A DNA stretch of 63,515 nucleotides, counting the filler, from Choristocarpus tenellus KU-1152 (taxonomy: Eukaryota > Protista > Phaeophyceae): assembly GCA_964200185.2 (NCBI GenBank). It is 10 parts of 10 records of this genome, joined end to end, with 100 filler letters (N's around TTAATTAATTAA, not from the genome) between each part and the next. Parts side by side here need not be neighbours in the genome. Positions count along the whole stretch, not along the records: positions 23,699 to 35,083 come from CAXNAD020002348.1; positions 35,184 to 48,306 come from CAXNAD020001582.1; 8 more parts are not named here. One strand, 5' to 3'. Below, piece by piece: positions 24,575 to 36,286 of the stretch. The position numbers and the translations under genes were made by a program. The notes under the pieces are model-generated. The model ran no database searches. It was not told where the DNA came from and saw nothing but the letters and a program-made list of their open reading frames with translations. Position 1 is the first letter of the stretch. Every line of letters starts with the position of its first letter.

Positions 24575-27500
24575 AAATTTGCAAACTGCAGCGGGGGGAG
24601 GTACTGCTACACCCTTACTAAGGAGGAAGTGGCAAACTTGCCTGTAATTAGTGTGCACATGGATGGTGGCGTAGTTGTCAACATTCAACCTAGTGTGTAC
24701 ATGGATGCCAAGTCAGAAGATAGCGATGAGTATGCACCCAGGTATGTTCTATTTTTAACCCAGGTCTCTCTGTCATCTATTCCCTTTTGTGTGTTTATGT
24801 GTGTGTGCGTGCGTATCAGGGTTAATTTAATTTTTGTGTAGCTACAATTTTATTGGTTGGTTTATTTGACACAGATTGTAGTTGGTGTTGTAACTCCTTG
24901 GATTGATTCGAGGCATTTGCAAAGGGTTAGGGTTAGGTCAAAAATATGTAAGGGTGGTAAGGAGTCCTCCGGGTGTGAAAGTTTGAGCTACACTATTTTC
25001 TTTGCTCTTTCTCCATTTTGAGACCAGATGCACCATCTCCTATATTGTTCGTATGTATAGTGCCAATGTAATGTGGTGCAATGCATTTATGTGTATCTCT
25101 CTCCCCATGTTTAGGATCTACATGACAGAGAGGGTAGGCGGTGTGCTGGGTGCCAATGTGATGCAGGACCACAATGTAGTCTTTGACCACGCCAATGGCA
25201 GGATTGGGTTCGCTGAGGCCAACTGTAATTACAAGGATGGACCACCCAAGGAGGAGGGCAGTTCAGAGGTTGGTAATTGTCCGTAGTGATAGTAGTTGTA
25301 AGAGTTTGTCCCATCCTGCTTGCATTAGCTTGGCTGACTGCGATGTGTAGTCAATGTCATTGGTGTAAATGTTCCCCTTTGTGTTTTTTTATTACATATT
25401 CATCCTGTTGGCTGACTGCGGTGTGTGGTTGATGTCATTGGTGTAAATGTTCCCCTTCGTGTTTTTTTATTAAGTAATTATCCTGTTGACTGACTGTGGT
25501 GTGAAACCACTTTTTGGGGGGGTGTAGGTCTTGCCCCCTGCAGTGTCTTGTTTCTGTATCTGCCAAACAATAAGTACTGTAATGCGTAACTGCCCATGTA
25601 GGAAGTTCAAGACAAACAATGTGATGCTACAGATGTGTATGTGTCAATGTTACGATCAAGAAGATCTTCTCAGATTTTGTTCTGGTACGTTGTTTGGCAC
25701 TATTATGCAAATACTTTGCATAATAGTGACTATTTTATGGTTAGGGTTGAGATCACTGGGCAGATGTTTCTGCGATGTGGATGTTGCCACTTGTCTTTAG
25801 TGTTTCTATGCGATTTGTTATGATTGCAGCTTGTAGTCGATGGTGGATGCTGGTTGTCAGCATTGATTGAGCTTTGTGGTAATTGTGTCGGAGTGGTATC
25901 ACGATGCTGTCACTCTATTGCCTATTTAGTGGTGTTCCCAACTCTCCTAATAACTACGTGCTCGTATTTGCCCACATTTTTTTTTTAACGAAACAACTTT
26001 CTTGTTTTATTGTATCCCTAACCCTGAACTTTTTTTTTATTATTTCTTTCCTTCCGTTTTTGACCTGGAACAACAGAAGCACATGGTCAACGTGCCAGGA
26101 ATGCCCCAAATAGAGGGTATGGTGGTGGACCATGAAACAGGAGAACCAAAAATTGACACCAGTCCTGAAAGTGTGGAGGATGTGGACTGTGTTATTTCTG
26201 AAAAGTTGGAAAAACAGAGCGATTGCAGCGCTTACTGTAACCCAAACATCTCTTCTCCCAAATCTTCTGTTGGCCATGAGGTAATTTTATTTGTTTGTTT
26301 TTCCTTTGTCTTCTGATAGGCAGTCAGTCAGTCAGGTTGAACATTCTTTTTTTTGTTTTCTGTATTAAATTAGTGACCGTAAATAGTGTACCATACTTAA
26401 GTGATTAATAGTTACTGTTCGAGGTGATTGATATTTTATGTGCTTCTGTTGTATATTGTAGAAGGTAGTATTATTGTTACTATTTATTTTATTGTGTTTT
26501 TTGTTCCATTTCTTGTATCATCTCAGTGGTCAGAGCTTCTACTACAGCAACATAACTATTTGATGGTGTACCTCTGTATGTGCCTTGTCTCTTGCTCTTG
26601 CATGTTGGGTTCAGTCATCCCAGCATTCTTGGAAGCCGCCTCCTCGTCCCTCTCTATTTCTATTTCATTGTTGATGTATTGTCTCTTGATGTTTCTTTTC
26701 CCTCAGCTCTTTTTTATTGTTCTGAAGAAAGTGTTCTTACCGATCTCATTGGAGTGTACTTTGTTGCGAATATTGAAATGATATTCAAATAGTTAACTTC
26801 CATTATTTTCTGTTCTTATTGTGTTGGAACAGAAAATAGTTGGAAGGTTTTAGTTTATTGAGAGAGCTAGGGTTTTAGGCTGGAGATGCGTTCAGACTTA
26901 TTTTATTTTATTTTGGGGCTGATTTGGTTCTTAGGGTTAGGGTTTCACTTGTGAAGCTGTATTCATGAGGATATTTATGCGATGGTGCAAGAGGAAGAGC
27001 ACCCCTTAACTGCACTATTTAAACACTATTTTTATGAATAGCATATAATGATATTAGTGTTGAAAGCTCAACCATGGATACTACATCTCCTTTGGACTCA
27101 ACGCCAGTTATTTTTGTTGTGGGTGGTAGTTTGGTGCAGTGATCCACATATTTTTGAAGGTGTAACTGTCAATGATTACAAGGTCAGTCTCTCACATTTT
27201 ACTGAAGTGCTGGTTGACACATTCAATGAAAATTTTGATGCTTGTTTGCAGGTGTATGCTCACATGGTTACAGTGCCTGCCAAAGGTAATGGAAAGCCTT
27301 GTCCACCGCTGGAGGTTTCACTGCCTTGCACTAAGACATGCCTTCCTCCTTTTAAGGATAATCCATACACACCTCAGGGGATCGAAAAAAACCGAGGTAA
27401 TCTTGCTATGTCCCGTGAGGAGAATGAGTATGGGGCACAGCAGCCTTCTCAAGAGGACATTATACTGCCTTCAGATTTTTCTGAGAGCAAGGGTGTTTGC

Positions 27501-30500
27501 ACTTCACCAGGGGCAGGGATTTGGGGCCCATGCAATAGGAAGTGCCAACAAGAGCAGTACAGTGGTAGAGAATGTACTGGAGAAAGACAGGTGGGAGGTG
27601 GGGAAAGATATGATAGGGTTGTTGCGTGCATAAAATTTGGATTTTTTTGTGGAACGTTCTTGAACCAAACCTGGTCCAACTCTTCCAGGGAAGTTAAGTA
27701 GGGTTCCAAAATGAATTATTAATTTGGATGCCTATTTTCCAATCAAGTCAGAGTTTACAATGAACTATGTGTAGGGGGGGNNNNNNNNNNGTTAAAAAAT
27801 TATTTTTTTTTGTTGTGTGTTTTTTTGAAAAAAAGGAAGGTTTATAAAGTGATGGGGGGGGGGGGGGGGGGGGGGGATGAGTTGGTTTTGCAGTACGAAA
27901 CATGTAACTGGTGGATTAAGTCGTACTGACATACTGTAGTCTGTTTCTGTTTCAAGTCATACTTTTGTGGTGACTAGACTGCACCCCTAACTCTAAACCT
28001 TTTATTTATTTATTTTTTAGTGGGAGAGTTTTTAGGGTTGGGGCTACATTTTTCTAACTATAACCCTAACCATGTAATACAATATTTCAGGTAGTTCACA
28101 CAACATACGTTGGAACAGTTGCTGCTTAGGATAGGTTGTGTTGCATAGATGGACTGAGAGGTTAATTGGCAACTCAGAGGAATCCTTTTTTTTTTCAGAG
28201 TGTTTTTTTTTATATGATCGGGTAGAATCAAGATATGTACTCAGTGCCTTACTTGGTGCCCACAAGGCCTCCAGGGTCACAGGGTGCCATGAGAAGATTC
28301 TACCTGAAATTGCCTTTGCACAATATAAATATCTTTCATGCAGATGTGTTTCAATCCAGTCAAGTGCATGAAATCATTCAAGTCATCTCAGTTTGAACTC
28401 ACAAACCTTTCAAAATTCAAATTACCGAATACAATCTTAATTTGATTTTTGTCTAGTTGAGGCCCCCTCCCCCCCCCTCCCCCCTTTTTTCCCATAGTCT
28501 TGCACCAGATTCTTGCCAACCTTGCCCCGTGAATGTACAGTCTTGAATGCTATGATGCACTCTGCTAATAATGCAAGAGATCGAAATATAGAAATTGACA
28601 TTGCTGGACAAAACTCCAGCCCCAACCTTTACCCTTTTCTAATTTTAGTATCAATCAGTAGTAGCTGGTATGGCTCTTAGTTCAAAGACTATGTGATATG
28701 TTGTGTATTTTGTGCCTATGAATTAGAGCTGTTTATGTGCAAGGTACTCTAGATATCATCTGGTTTTGACCTTGAGGAAGGTGTAAGGAATGTTCCAAAC
28801 GAGGGCGGTACTAGAAAAAAAAAATAATATTGAATTTTTCCAAATGTTTTCAAGACTGCTTCCTATTTTTATGAAGAAGTTTAAATTTTTGGCTCAAAAT
28901 TCTTGTTGTTGGGAAGACGGGGGCTCCTAAGGGAGTTCTTAAAATTCCATTATTGTTCTATTGCATTTTTTGTGTTGAGGCTACCATGTTTTCTGCATGG
29001 ACGTTATCAAATACTATTGAAATACTAGTGTACGTTCTTCCAAGTACTTCCTCCGTTCAGAATTAATTGTAACATAACTTTTGCAAGCTCCGTTCTTGTC
29101 CGGGAACGATCCACGTGATAAACCCTCAAGTCGACAATTTTGCTTTTGACGGGGTTTAAAAAAAAAACTTGTGAAACTGTCCAAGGAAGTGTTTATCGGG
29201 ATGATGCCTATGACAAAGGCCCCCTGTCGTTCTAGCGGCTTGCTCATCCCATTGTTGCCCATCAGTCCCAATTGTTCGACCCAGAAGCCTCTCCAGGGTC
29301 CAGACTCAAACGCCCCAATGAAGAACAGCGAGTGTGATGACGCAATGCCTGGAGGTAGAGGGCGTGAGACTTGAATGCCTTGGGGAACCACGGCAGCCAT
29401 TGCAGAGGACTTTGAAATTTGAAATCTGAATCACTTTGCTTTGTCGTGTTAAGGAGTAGGACAGCCAGATCGCACGAGGTGAATGTATTGACATTGTATG
29501 ACATTGCAAGGGGTGATGCGGCTGCCGAACAAGTATTGGCAACATGATGTTTGAGATGTCCCATCGGTGGTACACTGTACATCCTTCTGCAAATGGGGGG
29601 ACCAAACAAACAAAGCTGGGGTCTCCCTTGCCTTGTTGTGGCGTCTGTGCAAGCACGAGAAGGTGAGGGAGGTCAAGCGGTGGATTAAACCAATCCTCTC
29701 AGACCAGCAGCAAGTCAACAGAATGGGTTTCACCATCACCCACACGCACGGGAGTATTAGTGGACAATTTATATGACTGGGTGCATGTGGACAAGAAGTG
29801 GTTTTATATCCTCAAAGATGGGGCATGGTGTGTACCTGCACCCCACCAAGGACCCCCCCCAGTCCCCCATGGGCACAGAATAATTGTTGCATTGCGAAGG
29901 TGATGTTCCTTGCAGCTGTGGCCTGCCCTAAGAAGCTCTCCAAAGGGGTGTGGTTCAATGGGAAAATAGGGATCTGCCCAATCATGGACACTGAGGTCAC
30001 TCAGCACTCCAGCGAGCACCGCCCCAAGCACGCCAAGGAGCTGGTGCCAGTCACGGTGAACAGGGAGAGGTGTAAGAAGCACATGATCAAGGATGTCTTC
30101 CCAGTAATCAAGGCCTGCGTGCCTAGCCCGGAAGGAAAAACCATCTTTGTGTGGCAGGACAGGGTAAGTCCACACACCAAGGGGGGGGGATCATGGAGGC
30201 AATTGAGGAGGTGGCGGGGGATGACATTGTGATGGAGACCCAGTCAGCCAACCCCCCTCACATCAATGTCAACGACCTGCGATTGTTTCATTCCATCCAG
30301 CAACTGAAGGAAGACATGGGGTGACCCAATGCAGAAGAGGTGGAGGCCATAATGGAGACGTTTGATGTGTACCCCCGGGAGACACTAGAGTGTGTCTTGC
30401 AAAGCCTCTTTGCAGTCTACGGTGAAGTGCTGGGGCCTAAGGGTGACAGTGTCTTCGAAATTCCCATTCTTAGCAAGGAAAATGCTGAGGATGCGGGCAA

Positions 30501-31640
30501 GCTCCCCCAAAATGCCCCAGTGGATGTGGCGAAATATGGTGCTGTAATGGAGTTATGGAGGGCTTCTGGGGCGGAATCATAGATAGGTGTAGGCTTCCCC
30601 ATTTTGCTTGAGATTTTGGTGAGTAACCTTTTTGATGTCTGCACAGTACACTCATAAAATATGAAGATGTGAAAGAAAATGTTGCTTCTTCATTGGGGCT
30701 GTACTAGTTATGTTACATTTAATTCCGAATGGAGGTAGTAGTATATAATGTGGTTAATTGTTTGCCTGACGGGTGACCATGTGTGCGTCTCCCTAACCCT
30801 AACCCTCGAAGATGGAAAAGTGACTATGAGTGGGAGATGTGCTAATTACAATAGTGCAACATAACCAAGATGTTGGGATCGTCTTTGAATCCATTTGCAG
30901 GGACACAGGCGTTATTGATTGCGCATGAAAATACTTAATTTCTCATCCTGAACTCGATTCTCCTATAGGTGAGACATTGCCGCATTGGCACTGACTGTCC
31001 TTCAAGCAAGACAGGAATGGTGGTGGCACTGGAAGTTAAGGTCACAGTGGGAGCAGAGGGGGAGGAGGGTGTTGGTGCACTGAAAGCAGAGGGTAACAAT
31101 GAGGATGGTAGCATGTCCTTGTGGAACGGTGCATCCGCTGATACCCTGGCAAGTGCTGTTGCCAAGAGGCTATCGAATGTTGATGGGGGGGATGTTGAGG
31201 TGGTGCCTGTTGCCTGTGCCAACGCGACATCAATACTAAGAGAAGGTCAACCTCCCCATGATATCAGTGCTCTGTGTGTTTATGTTCACATTGGATCAGC
31301 TGCGGATACTAGCATGGTTGAGCAGGTGAAGAGTGATCTAAGTGAGGACGACTTGGCACCCCAACTTACGAAAGCTTTGAAGCAGCATTCGGTAGTGGTG
31401 AGCTCAGCAGGGATTGCCCAAGTACTCTCAGGTGATGAAAAGATAGTATACCATCCCCAGAGCGCAGTCAGGGGAGGCACTGGAGCCCCTGCAAAGGGGA
31501 GCATATCGGGCTTTGCTGAAATGCGTATGGTGGTGGGTCTAGGGGTTATGGTAGTGATGGCTGTGCTGGTGTTCTTTGCATTTCAACAGGGAAAGAGGTG
31601 TTCTCAATCAGGAAGGGTGATCTATCAGCCTGCGGTATAG
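24575..31640 (+). CDS. Membrane-anchored pepsin-like (A1) aspartic protease with TSP1/spondin-like Cys modules, 3' half; exons 24575-24741, 25115-25268, 26077-26280, 27252-27590, 30969-31640
   Basis: C-terminal lobe motifs CY...LPVISVHM...IQPSVYM and GVLGANVMQDHNVVFDHANGRIGFAEANC; then DCVIS..SDCSAYC...PAKGNGKPCPPL...C and WGPCNRKC; hydrophobic segment MVVGLGVMVVMAVLVFFAF near the C-terminus. All introns are GT-AG with matching phases. The catalytic DTG/DSG exons lie upstream, off the contig. Confidence 0.85.
25305..25503. repeat. ~78-bp tandem repeat (about 2.3 units) in an intron
   Basis: TGGCTGACTGCG...TGTCATTGGTGTAAATGTTCCCCTT..TGTTTTTTATTA...ATCCTGT repeated. Confidence 0.85.
29047..30738 (+). 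mobile_element. Full-length decayed Tc1/mariner transposon, family B, copy 1, inside a protease intron
   Basis: TIRs CTTCCTCCGTTCAGAATTAATTGTAACATAACT / CTACCTCCATTCGGAATTAAATGTAACATAACT (Stowaway-like start) with TA on both sides; transposase motifs HVDKKWFY, KVMFLAAVA.P, FNGKIGI.P, QD and NVNDL with frameshifts. Confidence 0.92.
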
Positions 31641-33479
31641 CTGAGTTGTGCTGGTGGTGGCTCCAGGAGCACCAGAATTAAGGAGGTACAAAAATTTTTT
31701 ATCTTGTATCATAGGGAACTTAGTTGTAGTGGGACATTATAGTGTCTGTGTGTGTTGGTGTAATTGAACCCTAACCTGATTTTGAAGCATAGGGGAATTG
31801 ACTGAAACAGAGTAGTGAGAGAAGGTAGTCAATTTTAGGCATTGTATTGCACTGGAGACTTGGTGGGATGACAGGGTGGTGTGGATGAATTGGACAGATT
31901 AGGAAGACCTTGACATGGACGTGTCTCACATGATTCCGACCCTTGTATTGACTGAGCATAGTCATTAGTATCGTACAGGATTGAAAAGTCACTTGGGATC
32001 GCAGAAAGTTCTTTGAGGTGAAACACTTCTCTTTTTGCTATTGCAGTTTATTTATTTTGTCATTCACTGCTCTGCCCACAGTTGGATGTTTCCCCTGGAA
32101 TTGTTTTGCTGCTTGCGCCTGTTTCCCTTTGATTCAACTTCTTCGTTTGATAACTTCCAGTAAGGGTTGGGTTTGTTAGGTTTGTGGACTTCTTATGTGA
32201 ATTGACCCTATTGAGCCTGTAGAGAGATTTGGAGTGGGTGCACCTAGCTAGTGATACCAGACAAAACAATGTTCATACATACAGCGAGGTTCCACTACAT
32301 GATCGGCTTTAATTGACCAGAGAAGTGAATCATGATGGCTATTCATTTTGTGGGCACCAACAACAACAATAGTACATGCCATGTTTTTATTTTTTGTACT
32401 GGTCTATGGTATAGGGTAATAAGTGTGAAACAGAGCATGGGTTTGAGTCTTAGGATCTTTTCAGTTACTCCACTCCACATTAATTTGTAACTGTCACTGT
32501 TTGTCTAACGGCTGATGTTGCTGCTCAAGTCACTCATTGTCTCTTTTGTAGATTTGACAGGGGAAGGGTTAGAAAACGATTTGGGATCCTTGCAACAGTT
32601 TTATAACCGTCACTGTTTAGTGCCCTAACCAGGGAAGAAATAGATCCAGCCGATTTGTCAACTGTCTGTGAATTTCGACCACACATTACCCACTACTCCA
32701 GATACATAATATTCGGTGGTTGGTGAGTCAGTATGATGGTATACACTATGTCCCTAATGGACTCATCTCATACACCACTGGCAGTATATGCACAATCCAT
32801 AATACTATGCTTACACCTTCATCGGTTTCTTTTGCTGTCATACACCACTTCCAACTCTTATCATTTTATGCCTACTTACTTACCTGTGCCTAACTGTATG
32901 TTGCTGATCAAGTAGACATCTTGGTAGGTTACCTGGCTGTGCAAATTTGCAAAATTGACATGCCAAACAGAGAGAAAACTACTACTGTTTGGATCCTCCC
33001 AATAGGTAGGTTGGTATATATCTGCTATTGCTTGTCCTCCTAACTGCGAATGCTGCTTTCTAAATCCCTTGGTGCTTGATATCTTCTGCGGATTGGAGAG
33101 ATGAAACTTACAGGGAAAGGTCTTAGATCCTTTGAACAGACTTTTTGTAACTGCCATTATTAAAATACCATAGGAATATCTTCTCTTGATTTTATCGCCC
33201 TTTTGAAAACTTGTGCAGATAGGACACAGAGGTAAAATGGACTGAAAACGAATCTGGATCTTCCGAACAAATGGTATAAAACAAGATCATGGCAAGAATT
33301 TGTAGAGAAGTTCCTATCCAGAATAAAATGTTTTGAATAATTTTTTATGCCCATTTCCAATTTGTGAGGTGGAACATACATTCCAAGCATATTTAGGTAA
33401 ATCTAGACATACATACATGCATACAGAATGACGCATCACCTACGAGATTGTGAAGGATGAGACAGCAGCTCCAACGAAA

Positions 33480-34860
33480 ATATACAAGAAATAGTAATGC
33501 AACTGAAAATGCATTCTTGGAAAAGTGGTGTAGGGGTGATGTACGTTAGGAATGTGAGGGTGCACTCAGCCTTGCCAACAGAATCGAATCACCGTATCGG
33601 CATCAGTAGTGCTCCAAATTCCAAGACGGGCCTCTGGTGGAAAGTGACTATTTTTCCTCAACGGACTAGCTCTGGTATCAAATCTTAAGAAATTTTTCTA
33701 AATTTCCTACCAATAAAACACGGATTTTGGATAAGAATTTAATCGTTAGTAGCGGACCCTTGAGAACTGAATTACGAGCTTTCTACATCACAATATTACA
33801 AGTCAAAGACCCAGCGACGATCAAGGATACAGCAGACCCAACTGCAATTGCCAATATCTATTGTTAAGAACTTGCTTCGAATTACTGCCACATCTTACAC
33901 TGAAGATGGATGGCACACAACTGATCAAGCTCAAGCAAGCTTCTCAGATGCCTAGGAGAAGTGCGAGTAGGCACGACAAAAAGAGGGCAAAGATCCACAA
34001 AACGCCATCATCAATATGCATTAAAGGTAGCAGGCAAATCAACTCAAACAGGTGAGGGTGTCCGGCTTATAGGAGTTCCCTGACGCCTAATGTGGAAGGC
34101 TGTATTCACTGTGGGAATCAAGGTGGTTTCTCCCAATACCTGAAAGGGTTCAAGGGGAAAAAAGAGGATCTGGTGTATTGTGGTAAGAAATTACTGGGGC
34201 TTCCGATTGAGGGCACACACTGACAACATCTCAAGGTTGTCTGACCTCTGGGAGTTACCCAGAACTGAAGAACATTCTCCATGACGAACAGTATGGTTTT
34301 TGGACCCAACAATCCACAATAGATATGATGCACACCCGCATGGCCCTCCTAGAGCTCGGCTGGGAAAGGCATGTACCTCGATCATACTTTTCGTTGACCC
34401 TCCAGAAGGAATATGACCCTGTTAACCACAATCTCCTGTGAATTGCGCTTGCCAAGTTTGGAGTGCCTGAGAAGATATGTCAGCCATCTCCCAGCAACAT
34501 GATGAGATGCGGGCATGTGTCCATGTGGATTATGGAGAGTGTACGGATTGGTTAGAGATCAGGCAAGGTAGTCCCAAGGAGGGAGTGTTCATACCCCCAT
34601 CCTGTTCATCATCTTCTTCACAGCAGTACAAAGCATATCTCCAAGGAGGTCGTTGTCATGAAGGGAGAGTCCACAATCAGGTCAGGGGAAGAGTAACAGG
34701 AATCGGGGTGACGATTGGGCAGCTTTTGTGCGGTATGCTCTATACTGACAATACTAGCATTGCGTTGAAAAACCCAAGGAAGTTTGGCCAGGACATCGAT
34801 GATAGTGAATGTGAAGATGACCAGATCATTTGGAGTTACTGTGTTGGAGGTGAAGACAGA
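33480..34860 (+). mobile_element. Decayed RTE-like LINE, RT region
   Basis: EQYGF, QSTIDMM, ALAKFGVPEK and GMLYTDN (cf. MLYADD) remnants; interrupted at the 3' side by a G-tract MITE. Confidence 0.75.
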
Positions 34861-34861
34861 G

Positions 34862-35045
34862 AGGCTCAAAGTATCTGGGAGGGGGTGGTGACTGTCCATT
34901 TGGGGTCAATTTTTTCATGTCGCGATCTTTGGGTGATTTGGTTGGATAAGTCGGATGGATACTGTAAATAATGTACTTTTCCTGATTTTGGTCCAAATGG
35001 ACACCATGGTGTAGACCTCCCTGCCCGCCCCCCCCTCAGAAAATA
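34862..35045 (+). mobile_element. MITE family 2 (G-tract TIR, ~185 bp)
   Basis: Starts GGCTCAAAGTATCTGGGAGGGGG and ends CCCCCCTCAGA; internal sequence matches 50473-50658 and 54424-54578. Confidence 0.8.
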
Positions 35046-36286
35046 AGGGTCCGACCGTGTTCTTTTGAGCTAGCCGCAAGGCCNNNNNNNNNNNNNNNNN
35101 NNNNNNNNNNNNNNNNNNNNNNNNNNNTTAATTAATTAANNNNNNNNNNNNNNNNNNNNNNNNNNNNNNNNNNNNNNNNNNNNCCCCCCCCCCCCCAGAT
35201 ACTTTGGGTCAACATCATCTCCGCCTATTACGTCCACTTTCCCCCCTGCAACCAACTCCTCATCATTCCCCATCCACTCTGGTGCACTTTGTTATTTCCC
35301 CTTATTGTGTGCATGGTTACCCGGGACACAGATATCAGTGGAACTGAGAGACTTGCGATCAGTCGTGAAAGACTTCACCAAGGCAGCAAAGGAGTTGCAT
35401 ACAAAGGAAAGTGCACAGGTAAAACAACTCCTTCCTTGGAGCAGATCATACAAATAAATACATGAACGCACTTGTAGCACCTGCACATGCTCACATACTG
35501 ATTTTTGATATGGTTGAAGAGTAACACGACAGTGCCAACATAGAGGCAATGGGAGATGTGTGCAGGGTAAGCACATTCTGTTGACCCAGGGAGAAATAAG
35601 GCCCAACCAGTAACTTTGTCGATGTAGTTGTAGCTTGCCATATATGCCATTTACACCTTTTGTGTTGGCATTACCCTCTATGTTTTTGTTTTCTAGTCGA
35701 GACGCTTTGAGCAACTGCTGCACGAGTTTTTGTTTGTTGCCATAATTCTTCAACTCAACAAATTATCCAGGGAATCATAGCCTCGTTTTCTGCAAACCAA
35801 AAAAGCCAACACATGCCTTTCCAGCCTGAAGATGGGTACTACTAGCTTTCATAGTGGTGCTTATGTTTTTCATTCTGTATCCTGATGTATTCACACATTA
35901 TTTGTTTTGGGGTCAAACAGATAGGGCAGTAAACCTCTAGTGTTATCGTGCTATGTTGTGGGCAGACTAAAACATATTGAGTGGCGTAAGATCTAATTAT
36001 TATCAATGAAAAAGGAGTAACAACAAAGTAGGGAGGTTAAAAATGTTGTTTTTGGTTATTCATTAGGACTATGTTGTTGAAACGTCTGTTTTGCTCTTAG
36101 TTTATTCTTTTCTCATTGCCAATTCCATGAGTCATTGTTGTTGACAGTGTCCATAATCAATATGAAACTTATGGTTGCATTTATGTTGTTGGTGTCATTT
36201 CTTCTTGTCCCATCTACACTACTTGTTACTGATATCGCCTGATAAACTACAGATTTGATCAGAAACCAGTTGCTTTATTTTTATAG

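Noticed and set aside
35060-35083. GCC-GCAA-GGC tetraloop hairpin, possible tRNA or structured RNA
   Set aside because: Too short, cut by the contig edge, and no cloverleaf or A/B boxes.
35292-35790. Coding-like minus-strand segment KRGYDSLDNFVELKNYGNKQKLVQQLLKASRLE
   Set aside because: No partner exons or recognisable domain; left unannotated.
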